Assembly: GCA_025594325.1 (NCBI GenBank) | Contig: JANHCV010000006.1 | Span: 1,922,001-1,986,000, forward strand | Direction: 5' to 3' | DNA: 64,000 nt | Source: Blastocladiella emersonii ATCC 22665 | Taxonomy: Eukaryota; Fungi; Blastocladiomycota | In this document: positions 22,625 through 37,365 of the stretch, piece by piece | Layout: every line of letters starts with the position of its first letter | Position numbering within the stretch: position 1 is the first letter of the stretch | The notes under the pieces: generated by a model | The model's database searches: none | The model's input: the letters and a program-made list of their open reading frames with translations, nothing else | Told to the model about the DNA's origin: nothing | Made by a program: the position numbers and the translations under genes

Positions 22625-23104
22625 ATGGTGCTCCTGGGCCTGTACATGACCGCCGAGACGGAGAATGTGGACCGCGTGGTGCCGATGCAGGAGCAGGACT
22701 GGGCGCTGACGGTGCGCTGCACGTCGTGCAACGAGGTCAACCCGGCCATCGTCACCGTGTCGGCCGACGAGACGTCCGACATCTCCGGGTCGCGCGGCGA
22801 GGCCAACCTGGTGATGCGGTGCAAGTTCTGCAAGCGCGAGGGCTCCATCAACATCGTGCCCAAGTCCATGACCGCCGACAACGCGCTCGACGACGGCAAG
22901 GCCATCGTGCACCTCGAGTGCCGCGGCATCGACGTCGAGTCGTGGCACGCCCGCAACGGCTGGAAGGTGTACGCCGCCGACTCCAAGACCACGTGGCTCG
23001 ACGCGGACCTGTCCGACGACTGGTTCGAGGTCGACGAGAAGACGTCCAACCCCGTGTCCATCTCGGACGTGCAGACCTCGGTCAAGCGCGTCAGCGGCAA
23101 GTAA
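22625..23104 (+). CDS. CZIB: CXXC zinc-binding protein (DUF866/UPF0587)
   Basis: Two CxxC motifs (CTSC, CKFC), SRGEANLVMRC and DWFEVDEK..PVSI; 159 aa, single exon. Confidence 0.9.
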   Translation: MVLLGLYMTAETENVDRVVPMQEQDWALTVRCTSCNEVNPAIVTVSADETSDISGSRGEANLVMRCKFCKREGSINIVPKSMTADNALDDGKAIVHLECRGIDVESWHARNGWKVYAADSKTTWLDADLSDDWFEVDEKTSNPVSISDVQTSVKRVSGK

Positions 23105-23211
23105 GCTCGCGCGTCGTTGTGGGGCCGTCGTGATCGGCCGAGTGTGTAGAGTGAATGAATGGCAACCTGTACTTTTAGCCAACCTCTTTCTCGCCTGCAT
23201 CCCAACGAGTT

Positions 23212-24311
23212 CTACCAAGGCGAGGGCCGTGTATTCCTCCACGCGGACACGCCGAGCACCATGGACACGAGCACGGCGGCGAACCAGACGTTGACGAGCC
23301 CGGCCTCCCACTCGAGCGCGGCGGCCGCGGCCATCTCGGCGCTGCTCCCGCCGTGGCGGTTCCTGCGCGCGGCGCCGAGCCCGGTGCCCCACTCCCACAG
23401 CACGGCGCGCAGCCGGGTCGGCTCGCGGCCCGCCTCGCCGGGCGCCGCGTCGAGCGACCGCACGCACCACGCGCCGTCGAGCTCCCAGCAGTAGGTCCAG
23501 TAGTTGACCGTGACCACGGCCGCCGCGACCGAGGCGCCGGCCCGGAGCGCCGCGTGCCGGTACGCGTGGCCGGCCGCGGTCAGCAGCGTCGCATTGTAGA
23601 GGGCGAGCAGCGCGTCGTTGGATGCGGCCGACAGCGCCGTCAGCGTCGACCAGTACACGGCGTGCACGAGGAACGGGACCAGGTGCACGGCGCGCATGTG
23701 CGGCCACACGCGCGGCAGCCGCGTCGCGAGGAGGAGGAACAGGACGATGGCGGCGGCGTGGTGCAGCGCCATTGTCGGGAACTGAGCAGCGAGCCGGGTT
23801 CTGAAGATCGCGGGAGGATGAGTGCGGGCCGATGGGAAAGAGAGGAACCGCGGAGAGCGTACAGCGCGAGCTCGGCCATGTACAGGACTGCGTGCGAGAC
23901 GAGGTAGGCCTGGAACAGTTGGCGGCCGAGCAGGCGTATCGATTCGGGCGTAGCGCGCCATGGCGGTCGGTACTGCTCTTGCGTGGCCTTGGTTGGCGGC
24001 GGAAACTCGCCAGGGAACGCGTCCCCATCGCGGTATCGCAGCCGGCGCGGCTCATCGGCGGCCGATGGAACGCGGGATCGTGGTGGAGGTGGCGGTGGAG
24101 TAGCAGGTACTGGTGGGTCCTCGCCGCGGTGGTCGCCGAGGGCCAGTCGGAGCAGAAGCGGCGACTTGGTGGCGACGCAGGCCACGAGGACGGCGAGGGC
24201 CACCACGTTGAAGCGGACGTGGAGCGGCGTCGGGAACATGGTCGACTGCGGCGGCTCTAGCGTTGCATGGTGCGGTGCATGGTTGACGTGCAAGAGCGCG
24301 GATGGTGGCAT
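23212..24311 (-). CDS. Multi-pass membrane protein of unknown function (weak TLC-like MALHH motif), 2 exons
   Basis: Intron 23801-23862 (GTACGC..CAG) joins the frames, and there are several hydrophobic helices. The start could be 24311 or 24239. Confidence 0.6.
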
Positions 24312-24873
24312 CGCACCGGCTCAGCTGGCGCGCTCGCGTCGACGCGTCGTCGGCCGCGAGACACCGGCCACGTGCGCAGTGCGAGACAACTCCTCTCCTC
24401 AACTCATTGGCCTCATGCCTCGGCAATCCCTCGAAGAGCTAGGCCTGAGCCCAAGCCAGCTGCCTCGCTGTGCGAGACGCGGTCGCTGTGACGAGTAGCC
24501 TCGCGGTGGCCCTCTGTGTGTATGCGGCCTCAGGGACGAGACGTGCAGGCCCCTCGGCAGCCCATCGCAAGACTCGCCACGCCCTCCCACAGTCGCTGAG
24601 TCCACCAAGTCGACGGTGGCCATGACCATGGCCGCGGGCTGCTGCCGATCGCGGAGTAGAGGTGCACGTGGCCGGGGAAAGCGATGGAAATTTGTCGCAG
24701 CGCGGCGCAGCGAGCGAGGGACCGGCGGCCTCCGACCTCCGAGCATCAACACGGCCCTCCCCCTCCCCTCCCTCGCCCGCTTCCCTCGGCACCCAACTCA
24801 TGGCGTTGGCGTAGACTCGAAACAACGCATTCACACGCATCGACCACCGCTCGCTCCCGCTGCCCTACCCGCA

Positions 24874-26406
24874 ATGATGCTCGCCGGCCACCTTCCGCGC
24901 GCCGCCGCGGGCTCGCGCTCGGTCCGCGCGGCCCGCGCCCTCCGCGCCGCTGCCGGGTCTCGGTCGCGGTCGCGGCCTGCCCTCGCTGCTGCCGCCGTGG
25001 CCCAGTCGCCCGCGATCGCGGCCAAGCGCGGGTTCCACGCCACGGCCGCCCCGCTCGCGCCCAAGCGCGACTTCTACGATGTGCTCGGCGTCGCCAAGGG
25101 CGCCTCCGAGAAGGAGATCAAGCGCGCCTACTACCAGGTACGAGCTGCTCCGACGAGAAACCCATCCGTGGACGGCGAACCGACCTATCATCGACCCGTG
25201 TAGCTCGCGAAAAAGTACCACCCCGACACCTCGTCCGAGCCCAAGGCCAAGGAAAAGTTCGTCGAGATCCAGGAGGCCTACGACATCCTGTCGGACGCGT
25301 CCAAGCGCAAGCAGTACGACTCCATGGGCCACTCGGCGTTTGATCCGAACGCCGGCTTCGGCGGCGCGGGCGGCGCGGGCGGGTTCGGTGAGGCCGGCGG
25401 CTTTGGCGGGCCCGGCTTCGACCCGACCGACCTCTTCAACCAGATGTTCGGCTTCGGCGGCCGCGGCGGCGGCGGCATGGGCGGTGCCGGCGGCGCTGGT
25501 GCGCGCTCCGCGCCCGCCGAGCCCGTGGCGACCGAGCTGCACATCTCGTTCGACGAGGCCGTGCACGGGTGCAAGAAGACGGTCTCGCTGGCCCTCAACA
25601 CCCAGTGCGCGCCGTGCACCGGGTCGGGCCTCAAGCCCGGCACCAAGGTGTCGACGTGCCGCGTGTGCCGCGGGTCCGGCAGCCAGCTCTTCTACCAGGC
25701 CGGCTTCCAGGTCTCGGCCATGTGCACCGCGTGCGGCGGCACCGGCCGCACCGTCCCGCCCAACTCGTCGTGCGGCGACTGCCACGGGTCTGGCCTCAAC
25801 CAGACCACCAAGACTATCGTCGTCGACGTGCCCGCCGGTGTCGACCAGGGCATGCAGATCCGACTCGCGGGCAAGGGCGACGAGGACGCTACCGGCCGCG
25901 CTGGCGACTTGTACGTGCGCATCCGCGTGCGCCCGTCCAAGATCTTTACCCGCCGCAACAACGGTACGCTTCTCTCCTTCCCGGCGTCGCGCGACACCCA
26001 ATTCTGACTCGTGCAACACCCTAACGTAGACATCCTGGTCAACACCAAGATTCCGCTCAGCACCGCGATCCTCGGCGGCACCGTGCGCGTGCCGACCGTG
26101 GACGGCGACGTGGAGCTCAAGATCCCCGAGGGCACGCAGCCGGGCGACACCAAGCTGCTGCGCCGCCGCGGCGTGCCCAACGTCAACTCGCCCGGCCAGC
26201 GCGGCGACCAGTACGTGGAGCTCAAGGTCGACATCCCCAAGGAGATTGACCCCGTGCTCAAGGCCAAGCTCGACGACGTGCTGGCCGAGATCGAGGGCCG
26301 CAAGAAGCCGGCCGCCTCGCCACCACCATCCGAGGAGCCCAAGGCCAAGGCCGAGGCCGAGGAAAAGGCGGCGGCGCCAGAGACCAAAGAGTCCGAGAGC
26401 AAGTAA
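24874..26406 (+). CDS. MDJ1: Mitochondrial type I DnaJ/Hsp40, 3 exons
   Basis: Arg/Ala-rich presequence, J domain with HPD, G/F region and four CxxCxGxG repeats. Introns are at 25138-25203 and 25964-26029. Confidence 0.93.
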
Positions 26407-26745
26407 TGTATTGTGTCCTGAACCCGCACGCCTGGCCTCGCTGCGCGCTCTTCTTCAGCCCGTGAAACTGACCGCGTACCCCGCTCAATTAGGTCGCACC
26501 GTACGAGTACCCGCCGTCGCCGCAGCGACACATCATCAGCCAAGTCGGCGCCGTCGTGGTCCGAGCGCGTATCTGGCTGGGCGCGCGGCATGGCGGACCG
26601 ACTCAGCAACAAGTCCTAGTTCCCCTGTTGCAAGCACACTTTTGACCCCTCTAGCTTATAAACCTCTCTCTCTACTTGATTCGCGTCTACTAGTGATGGT
26701 ATCGGAAGTGTCTATGGGAGTGTAGTTACGGCTTTCGTGCGACGA

Positions 26746-27955
26746 CTAGGGCCCGTGCGACGGTCGCTTGATCAGGCCGGGCAGCGTGGGCGAGCCCGCG
26801 GCCGAGCGCACCTCGGGCAGGCTGCTCGAGACGGCGTTGGTCCCGACGTCGGGGACCCCCGTCCCGATCGTCGCCGGGAGCCACGCCTCGCTCATGTCGC
26901 CGGCCGAGGCGACGCGGCGGTACCCCGGTCCGGCGGCGCCGCCATCGCTACCGCCGAGACCGTCGAGCTCGAGCTCGGGGTTGTCGCGGCGCACGATGGC
27001 CTGGACGTGGCGGTACAGCCACACGGTGAGGCCGATGCCGACGAGCACGCTGACGACGAGGAAGGCGGTTTTGGCCGGGTGCTGCTGCTGCGCGGGCGAC
27101 CCGTCGTGGCCAGTGCCGCCGGCAAACGACGAGATGGAGGCGCCAATGTAGATGTGGAGCAGCGTCTTGGGCAGCGTCAGCGCCGTGGCGAGCGCGAAGG
27201 TGCGCAGCGGGAGGTGCGTCGTTGCGAGCAGCGCGTTGGTGAAGTTGAACGGGTACGGGGCGAGCCGGATGAGGAGGATGAGCTACACACAACGAGCGCT
27301 GGTCAGCTTCGCCGCAGTGTGAACCGGACTCGGGAGCACGGACCTTGAGCCCGCGCTTCTCGATGGTATGTCGCAGCGCGCGCGCCATGGGGTACCTCCG
27401 CATGGCGCGGTGAGCGTGGTGGCGGAGAAAGTGGCGCGATGCGTAGAAGCACGAGCAGGCGCCGAGCATGGCGCCGACGAACGCGGGGGGGAAGCCGTTT
27501 GGGAAGCCGAAGATGTAGCCGCACAGGTACAGCGTCGTCGAGTAGCCCATGATGGGCGGGAACGAGGACGCGACGATCAGCCTACCGCGGTGCTTGGAGC
27601 GTCAGCGGTGCTCGGGCGGGGCGCGAAGGAGCGGTCAAGCGTACATGATGCACAACAGCGAGCCGACGACGGGCGATCCCCGAGCAAAATGGGCAAACTC
27701 GTCGAGCGCGGCCAGGATCTGCGAGTAGAAGGCGGCGAGGACGAACAGGCCGGCGAGACCCGCGACGACGGCGACGAAGACGGTCGCACGCGGGTAGCGC
27801 GACCACGCGGGCGGCTCGCCATCGCCGAGCGAGAGCGTGCTGGAGAGAGTGCCCATTCCGGTACGCAAGGACGACGCGCCGAGTCCTCGCTGCGGTGGTG
27901 GGTCCGCGCCGTGGTGGAAGACGGGCAGGATGGGGACGGACGTGGACCGCATCAT
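26746..27955 (-). CDS. TVP38: SNARE-associated Golgi membrane protein (Tvp38/TMEM64, VTT domain), 3 exons
   Basis: SFPPIMGYST, GYIFGFPNG and LIRLAPYPFNFTN motifs. Introns are at 27582-27644 and 27283-27343. Confidence 0.85.
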
Positions 27956-28521
27956 GAGAGACTCGAGCCGCGCGGGCAGTGCATGGGATGATTCATGTGG
28001 CCGCGGCAGACCGTATTACTGAGGGGAGCTTGTGCAGGAGAGGAGAGCTGGTCGCGAACAGCCGGCCGCGGGGGTGTGGCGGGTGGCACTGGCCATGCGC
28101 ACGTGGCGCACGGTCACGCGAGCGGGCGCGACGCGACGCGACGCGTCTCCCGCCTCGTCTCCCCCGCCCGCACCGACCGCGCCGCACGCACTTCCCTTCC
28201 CGTCGTGGTTCCCGGCCCGCGCCGACAAGGAGACCCGATTGGCGCCGCGCGCGTGACGGGCGCGCGTGCCGCCGTTGCCGCCGCGAACCTCGATCCAGCC
28301 GGTCACTGGACTCGGAGGGCTCACGGCGGGGAGCGGCGGGACGTGAATTTGCGCCAAGCCGGCCGCCTCTTTGCGCGGCAACCCGCCTCGGGCGCACCGC
28401 GCGCGCCACGACGGGCGGGAGACGCCGCGCCTACTAAACCGCCGTCCGCTCGCGCCGACCCCGTCCTCTCCTGCTCACCCACGCGCCGTCCACCCTTGAT
28501 CCGGCCCCAACGACCTGCAAG

Positions 28522-30086
28522 ATGGGAGGTCCGCACGCAGCTTCCCCCGAATGTACTCGATCCGATGGATTGCTGACATCCCGTGGCCCCGTCTAGTCTA
28601 CTACCACGGCGAGGAGGAGGTGAGCGTGCAGCTGTTCTCGTCGGGACCCTACGTCTACACGGCCAAGCCCGACTCGTCGTTTCTGTGCCGCCAGTGTGGC
28701 CAGGTCCTCGACACGCCCTACCGCAAGCGCGGCACCCCCGGCGGCATCGCCACGTCCAACGGGGGCGCCACACCGCTTGGCTCGCACACGCCCGGCATGC
28801 ACAATGGCAGCGGCTACCTCGCCCAGAGCAACAACAACACCAACGAGGCCCTCGCGGCCGCCGTCTCGGGCGCCGCCTCGCTCGCCCCGCCGTCGGCCGC
28901 CCCGTCGGCCGCTCAGACCCTCGCACGCACGCCGACGCTCGACGAGGACACGGCGCTGCTGCTCCCGATCCCCAAGGCCTTCCCCGTGTGCCACACGTGC
29001 TACCTGCGCATCCCGTCAAGCGTGCGCCCGCAGTTCGTGCCCGACAAGCTGATGCTCCACCACCTGCAGCGCCTGCTCGTCCTGTGCACCAACCAGCCCA
29101 ACGGGTGCACCGCCGTCGTCACGCGCGAGAACCTGCCCGTCCACCTGCAGACCGAGTGCCCCTACACCGAGGTGTCGTGCATCTTCGCCAAGTTCGGATG
29201 CGCGACCAAGGTCCAGCGCCGCGAGCTCAAGGGCCACGAGGCCATGTGCCCGACCCTGCTCGGCGCCGGCCAGGGCGGCATGGAGTCGGCCGCCATGCCC
29301 TACACGCTGCGCGAGCTCGACCGCCTCGCCGCCATTGCCCGCGACACCCAGCGCCGCACCCGCGCCATGGACTCGTGGATGGACGAGGTCGACGACGCCC
29401 TGCGCAACCTCTCGGTCGACCGCGACCCCGAGGTCCTCGAGTGCTACCGCCAGCGCCTGTTCGAGCGCACCGTCGTCGTCCCGAGCGTGCCCTACGACGC
29501 GCCCGCCGGCACCCCGCTCGGCATCCAGGTCATCGACATGCGCCGCGCCGCCCTCGACCTCTCGCGCGACCTGCTCCCGCTCGCCGGCATCCTCGAGGTC
29601 GTCGAGTCGCTGTACCTCAACCGCTGCGTCGACCTGTGCTCGCTGCGCATCGCCGGGTTTCCCGCGGGGCCCGACCTCGACGCCGTGTGGTCGGCCCTCG
29701 CCCGCCTCGCCAACATGAACACGCACCTGCGCGTTCTGACCCTCGTCCTCGGCGCCGACACGGTGGCCGCGCCCAAGACCCCCGACGCCCTGCGCGACGT
29801 GTTCCTCGCCATCTCGCACCACGCCGAGTCCGGCCTCGCCACGGTTGAGCTGCGCGTCGAGGGACCCGAGACAGACCTGCGCCGCCGCGTCGTCGAGGTC
29901 GCCGCCGAGTTTGCGCCCAAGCTCCTGCCCGGATGCAAGGTCGTGTGCATGGTCCGCCCCGCCGGCGGCGCGCTGAGCAAGCGCCCGTCCGTGGCCGCCG
30001 GCGGGCCTGTCGCCGCGGCAGCCGGCCAGGTCGTGACCATGGCGACTGGCGGCGAGAGCGGGACCGCGGGCTCGGCGGGGATTTGA
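28522..30086 (+). CDS. TRAF-type zinc-finger protein with a split or degenerate RING-like N-terminus
   Basis: Intron 28529-28596. CRQC..CHTC is followed by CTNQPNGC..HLQTEC and CIFAKFGC..HEAMC, the TRAF/SIAH-type zinc-finger pattern. Confidence 0.75.
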
Positions 30087-30370
30087 TTTTGGTTCTGTGA
30101 TGAGACTATACATACACTTGAGAAGTATGTGCGCCTCGAGATGGGCACGGACGCTTCGTTTCGTTCAGCGGCCAAGCGTTTTCGCTTTCGTGGCCCGCGG
30201 ATCGCTTGCACCATTGCCCAACGAGGTAGCCCTGACCTGAATGTATTTTATCGGTCAGGCGTGTGAAGGATGACCGGAGTTGAGCGCGTGTCCTGCGGGT
30301 GGACCAAAGGTCGGAGAATCGCCTGGAAGGCAGCGGATGTGGCGCAGCGCGCGAAGCGAGTCGCCATGAG

Positions 30371-30420
30371 CGACGCGTCGCTCAGCCACTCCCGACGCGT
30401 CGCTCAGCCACTCCCGACGC
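30371..30420 (+). repeat. 22-bp tandem repeat (about 2.3 copies) downstream of enolase
   Basis: CGACGCGTCGCTCAGCCACTCC at 30371 and 30393, with a partial copy at 30415. Confidence 0.9.
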
Positions 30421-30532
30421 TCCTCCCCGTTCCCGACTGACAGCCCATCTCGCGAGATAACTCGACAGAAAAATACTCTTATTGGATAGAAAACACCAAG
30501 AAACAGGCGAAAATAGCGCAAAAATCGCTAAA

Positions 30533-32516
<1,984 letters not shown>

Positions 32517-33143
32517 GGCGAGGAGTGAGGGGTTGCGTGTACGTGGGACGGGAAAGCTCCGTGTCGTAGACGAGGGCGCGAGGAGCGAGGGCGGTGCGGG
32601 GGGCGGGCGCGCTACTTATACGGCGCCGGGTCGAGCGTGTGGAGGCTTTGGGGGCGGCGCGCGTTGGTCGGGTCGCTCGACGTCACTGACCGGCGCGCGC
32701 TTTGGAGCCTGCTGCTCCAGAACCGTCTGCGCGTTTGCCCGTGCGCCTGCGTGCGGGTCCCGGGATTTTCCGACACGTCTCCTCGCTGTCTCGCGGCCAC
32801 CGCGCCACCGTGGCCGCCGCCAGAGGTACTATACCGCCGCCTCGGGGCACCCACGACGACGACGCGACGACGCGACGGCGGCGCGGTCGACGGCAGCACG
32901 GTGGCGCGGCCAGAGGATCGGCGGCGGCACGATTCCTGCGCGGCGGCGCACGTGCGGGGCGCGCGGCAACCCAAACGTGTCTCCCGCTGTCTCACGCGTC
33001 CTGCGCGCCATGCGGGGCGACGCGTCGCGTGCAGGACGCGTCGCGCTCACAGTCGCTGCCGCCCCGCCCCACCTCCGCCAAGGAGGCAACTCCTCTCTCA
33101 CCCAACGCTGCACGCAAAGGTCAATCTCAACGCAGCGACCACC

Positions 33144-34230
33144 ATGCATCCGCGCCACGCGCCCCCGACCTCCGCCGCCGCCGCTGTGCCCACGGCGCGC
33201 CCCGGCGACACGCTCGCGTGCAGCGACCTCGAGGCGACGCTCAAGGTGGCCGTGGTCGGGTCCGGCAGTGTGGGCAAATCGTCCCTTATTCGCCGCTTCA
33301 CGCGCTACGGTGAGTTCAACCCGACCTACAAGAAGACGGTCGGCGTCGAATACGCCGAGCGCGTCGTGGCCACCAAGCACGGCGACGTGCGCCTGATGCT
33401 GTGGGACACGGCGGGACAGGAGGAGTTTGACGCCGTCGCGCAAAACTACTACCACGGGTCGCACGCCATCCTGCTCGCCTTCTCCGTCACCGACCGCGGG
33501 TCGTTCGTCAGCGTCGCCAACTGGAAGCGCAAGGTCGACGCCGTCCTCGGCCCGGGCAACGTCACCATGCTGCTCGTCGCCAACAAGGTCGACGAGCTGC
33601 CCGCCGACGGCACCCTGCCCGGCGGCATGGTCTCGCTCGCCGAGGCCCGCCAGCTCGCACAGGACCTCGCCGTCGACCTGTTCCCCGTCTCGGTCAAGCT
33701 CGGCACCAACGTCGAGGACGTGTTCGCCATCCTCGCCAACCGCCACATGGACCGCGTCACCGCCGCCGCCACCATCACGTCGCGCGTCGCACCCGCCGCT
33801 CCGCTCTCGTCCTCGGCGGCCGCCTCGGCCTCGGCGCCCGCGGGTACCTCCAAGCTGCGCAGTATGGGTATCCCGCATGCTCGTCCCTCCTCGATCCTGC
33901 CCACCGGACTCACTCGCCCGCCCGCCTCGTGTAGCGTCCAACGACTCGAAGCTGTCAGACCGCACCACGGGCTTCGCCACCAGCGCATCGCTCGACCGCG
34001 ACCGTGCCTCGGCCCCGCTCGCCCCGCCACCGTCCTCGTCGGCGGCCAAGCGCGCCTCGGTCTCGACGCCTGTGAGTGCACCACCACCGCCGCTCGTCTT
34101 CTCGGCCGACGCGGCCGCCGCCAAGCCGCACGCCGGCCGCCGTCCTGGGAGCGGCCGCGCCTCGCTGCCCGCGGCCCTCGACGGGATCAAGGGCCTGTTC
34201 GGCAGCCTGCGCGACCGCGCCGGCCGCTGA
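33144..34230 (+). CDS. RAB23: Rab23-like small GTPase, 2 exons
   Basis: KVAVVGSGSVGKSS, YKKTVGVEY, VRLMLWDTAGQEEFDA, NKVD and SVK match the Rab23 pattern. The intron is at 33862-33934. Confidence 0.85.
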
Positions 34231-34406
34231 CCGCCGCTGCTACGGCAAACCGTTCCGCTCCTCCTCTTCAATAGACACGCACTCGTAGACTAGCGATAGG
34301 CAAGAACGCAAACGAGAGATGAATTTCAAGGGCAGGGAAAGCAAACCAAACAGACAAAAACCGACTCACTCGCGGACTGGCCGGCGCATCGCCATCGCCA
34401 TCGCGA

Positions 34407-36739
34407 TCACGCCGTGGGCACCGTTCTGGACCTCAACCGGAACTTGAGCGGCGGCGTCCGGTTCTCGGCCTCGCGCGCGTCGTCGAGACTGCGGGGCGTC
34501 GGCGCTGCGACCGCCGCCAGTGCCGCGGGAACCGGGACGCGGCGCTGGGGCGCTTGCCCGATCACGATGGGCGGCTCGGGCGTGTAGTGCACCACGTCGA
34601 TCTCGGCGTCCTCATCGACCTCGTCGTCGTCCTCGTCGGCCTCGGGCTCCGTCTCGAGATCCGAGTCCTCGACCGTGAATACCTGCCGCGCACCGAGCGA
34701 CACGGCTTCGGGCGTTGCGCCCGTCACGAACGCGGTCCGCTGCGCCGGCGTCTTGGCCGCGACCGCGGACAGCGCGGACCGCCCCGAGAACGCCGGCGCC
34801 TTGACCGGTGCGGCAGCCGCGGTAGCGCCGCCGCGCGGGACCGCCGGCGAGGGCGACGCGGGGACGCGCACGACGGCTCGCCGGGGCAGCGGCGGTGCCG
34901 AGGGCGGGATCGCCCCGCGCCCGCCGGCGTGCTTGATAGCGGCGGCGACAGCGGGCAGCGGGACCGCGAGCATGGGCGAGTTCTTGACGACGGGGAACGG
35001 GAGCCGCGTCTGGCCGGGCTCGAGCTGGCCGAGCTTGCGCGCCTTGTTGAGCTCGCGCTTGGCGCGGCGGTCCGCGGCGGCGCGCTCGAGCCGGTCGAGC
35101 TCGGTCGACCACCGCGCCACAATGTCGTCGGCGTCGCCCAGCAGCACGTGGTCGAACACGTCGGCCCACTCGCGGCCCATGGGCGTGCGGTTGACCAGGA
35201 TCACGCGCGGCGCGCGGTGCTTGGCCGCCTTCTTCTTGGGCGGCGGCGGCGCGGGCGGCGGCATGGTCGCGGCACGGCGTGTGGCTCCGCTGCGCGTGCG
35301 GCGCTCGGGCGATGAGGATGCCGCGGTGATGTCGGCGAACGGCAGCTCCTCGTCGTCATCCTCCTCCTCGTCGCTGCTCTCGGCGTTGGCCGCCTGGCGC
35401 AGGCCGGACCGCCCGGACCTGTTGGCGGCCGTGGCGAGGTCGCGCACGAGCCGCTTGATGCCGTGGACCTTAAGCGACGTGCCCATCACGATGACGAGGT
35501 CGGGGCGGCGGCGCACGTCGCGCGAGACCACGTCGGCGATCGCGTCGCCGTACGGGTGCGCCTCGTTGTACAGGACCACGTCGGGGCGCAGGGTGCCCGT
35601 GGCGCGCGCGCGTTTCCCCTGGGCAGCGCGCTGGGTGGCCTCGGCCGCGCACGTCGGGCACGCGGGCGCGTCGCCGTCGCTGAAGACGGCGGCCAGGTCA
35701 GACGTGAACGGGAAGGTCGCGCGGCACAGGTTGCACCGCACGGCCGACAGCGTGCCGTGCAGCTGCACCACCGTGTCGGCGACCGTGGGCGCCGAGAGCT
35801 TGGCCGTGACGCTGGCGCGCGGCGGGCTCGAGCCGGCCGGCGCGTCCGACGAGAGCGAGATGGACGACGAGAGGCCGAGGTCGCTCATGCCGAGTGTCGA
35901 CAAGGGCGCCGTGTCGTCGGACTGCGAGTGCGGCGGCGACGGCGGGACGGCCGAGGCCGCAGACCCGGCGGCGAGCCCCGCAGGCCGGGTGGGCGGGACG
36001 GGCGCGCCGACACCCGCGCGGTCCTCGAGCCCGTCAATGTTCTGGGTGTAGCAGCGCAGCAGCTTGCCCGAGGAGCTGAGGCGACGCAGAAAGTGGTGGG
36101 CGGGCGTCGGGCGAGCGTCCTCGGCGGCGTCGCGCAGGCCCGCCATGAACGAGAAGAAGAGGCGGGTGGTCGGCTCGGCGCGGAAGACGCCGGCGTCGAA
36201 CAGGTCCTGGCCCTTGACCACGGTGCCCGGCGGCGCGTGCGTCTTGGCGAGGCGGTAGAGGCCGTCCTCGGAGCGGAAGTCCTACGTTGGGTGGTGGCGA
36301 GGGGACGAGAGTGAGCGAGGGGCGTGGGACGAGGGAGAACGGGACGGTGTATGCAGTCGCCTCCGTCTCCGTAGACTCCTGAGCGAGGAGAATCCCGTAC
36401 AGGGATACCGGCCGAGACCGAGATTCCGGCGCCGGCAACCACGGCGACGCGCTTGGCGGCGTACAGCGCCTCGGCCGTTTCGCGGACAGCGAGCTCGAAG
36501 GCGGCCGACGCGGGCGTCAGCGCCACGGGCGCGGCGGGCGACGGCGCGACGACCACGGCGGGCGAGTTGCGGCGGCGAAGGTTGCGGTGACCCGACTCGG
36601 GCGTCGGGGTGCCGGGCGGGACCAGGGCGGCGGCAGGGACGTCGTCGTCGAGGTCGAGGCGGACCCGGCGCGGCGTGGTTCGCGGCGGCGGGGCGGGGGC
36701 CGACGCAGGCGCCTTGCGCGGCGTGCGCTTGGACGCCAT
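34407..36739 (-). CDS. HST4: NAD-dependent deacetylase (sirtuin, Hst3/Hst4 class), 2 exons
   Basis: GAGISVSAGIP-DFRS across intron 36282-36400, YTQNIDGLE, VQLHG, the CxxC..CxxC zinc site, LRPDVVLYNE.HP and GTSLKV. Confidence 0.88.
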
Positions 36740-37365
36740 GGGGTTGCCGGAGGTGAGGAAAGGGGCGGAGAGTGTCGGGAGCCGGGCAGATCGCAGTGGG
36801 ACGGGACGGTCTCGCGGCGGCGGGGCACGCTAAGGCGGGGCCAGTCGAGTTTCGCGCCGATGGCCGGCCTTCGTCGCAGGCGCGCGCAGGGCAGTGTGTC
36901 GCAGGCACAATGCAGCAAGTCGTGCGAGTGGGGTGGCCGTGCAGCTCACGCTAGACGGGCCGGGCCGCGGCCGCGGCCGCGAAGGACGTGGACGGCCTCA
37001 GCGACGACGGCGGCGACGGCGGCCCGTGCAACGTCTCCCGCTCCCTGGTCTCCCTCCTCTCCGCTCCTGCCTTGCGCTCAAATGGATCTCATGGAACAGA
37101 CCTGCCGCTTGATCGTGACTCAGTGGGACGTCAACTGCGCGTCGCGCCCGCGTTGAGGGGCGGACGTGACGGGCGGCGAGTCCGGGTGGCCGTGTCTCTC
37201 GGATGCCTGCCAGAGAAGCGTGGCCGCCGCCCCCGGCCGGCCGACTCTTGCGTCGTTCCTGATGCGACCTTCTCTGTGGCATGCGTGCCGGTGTGAGTTA
37301 GGGTGTCCGACTTCGTGGCTGCCGGATCGCGCGGGCCGAGGTGCTGGCCGCGTCGTGCTCAGTGT

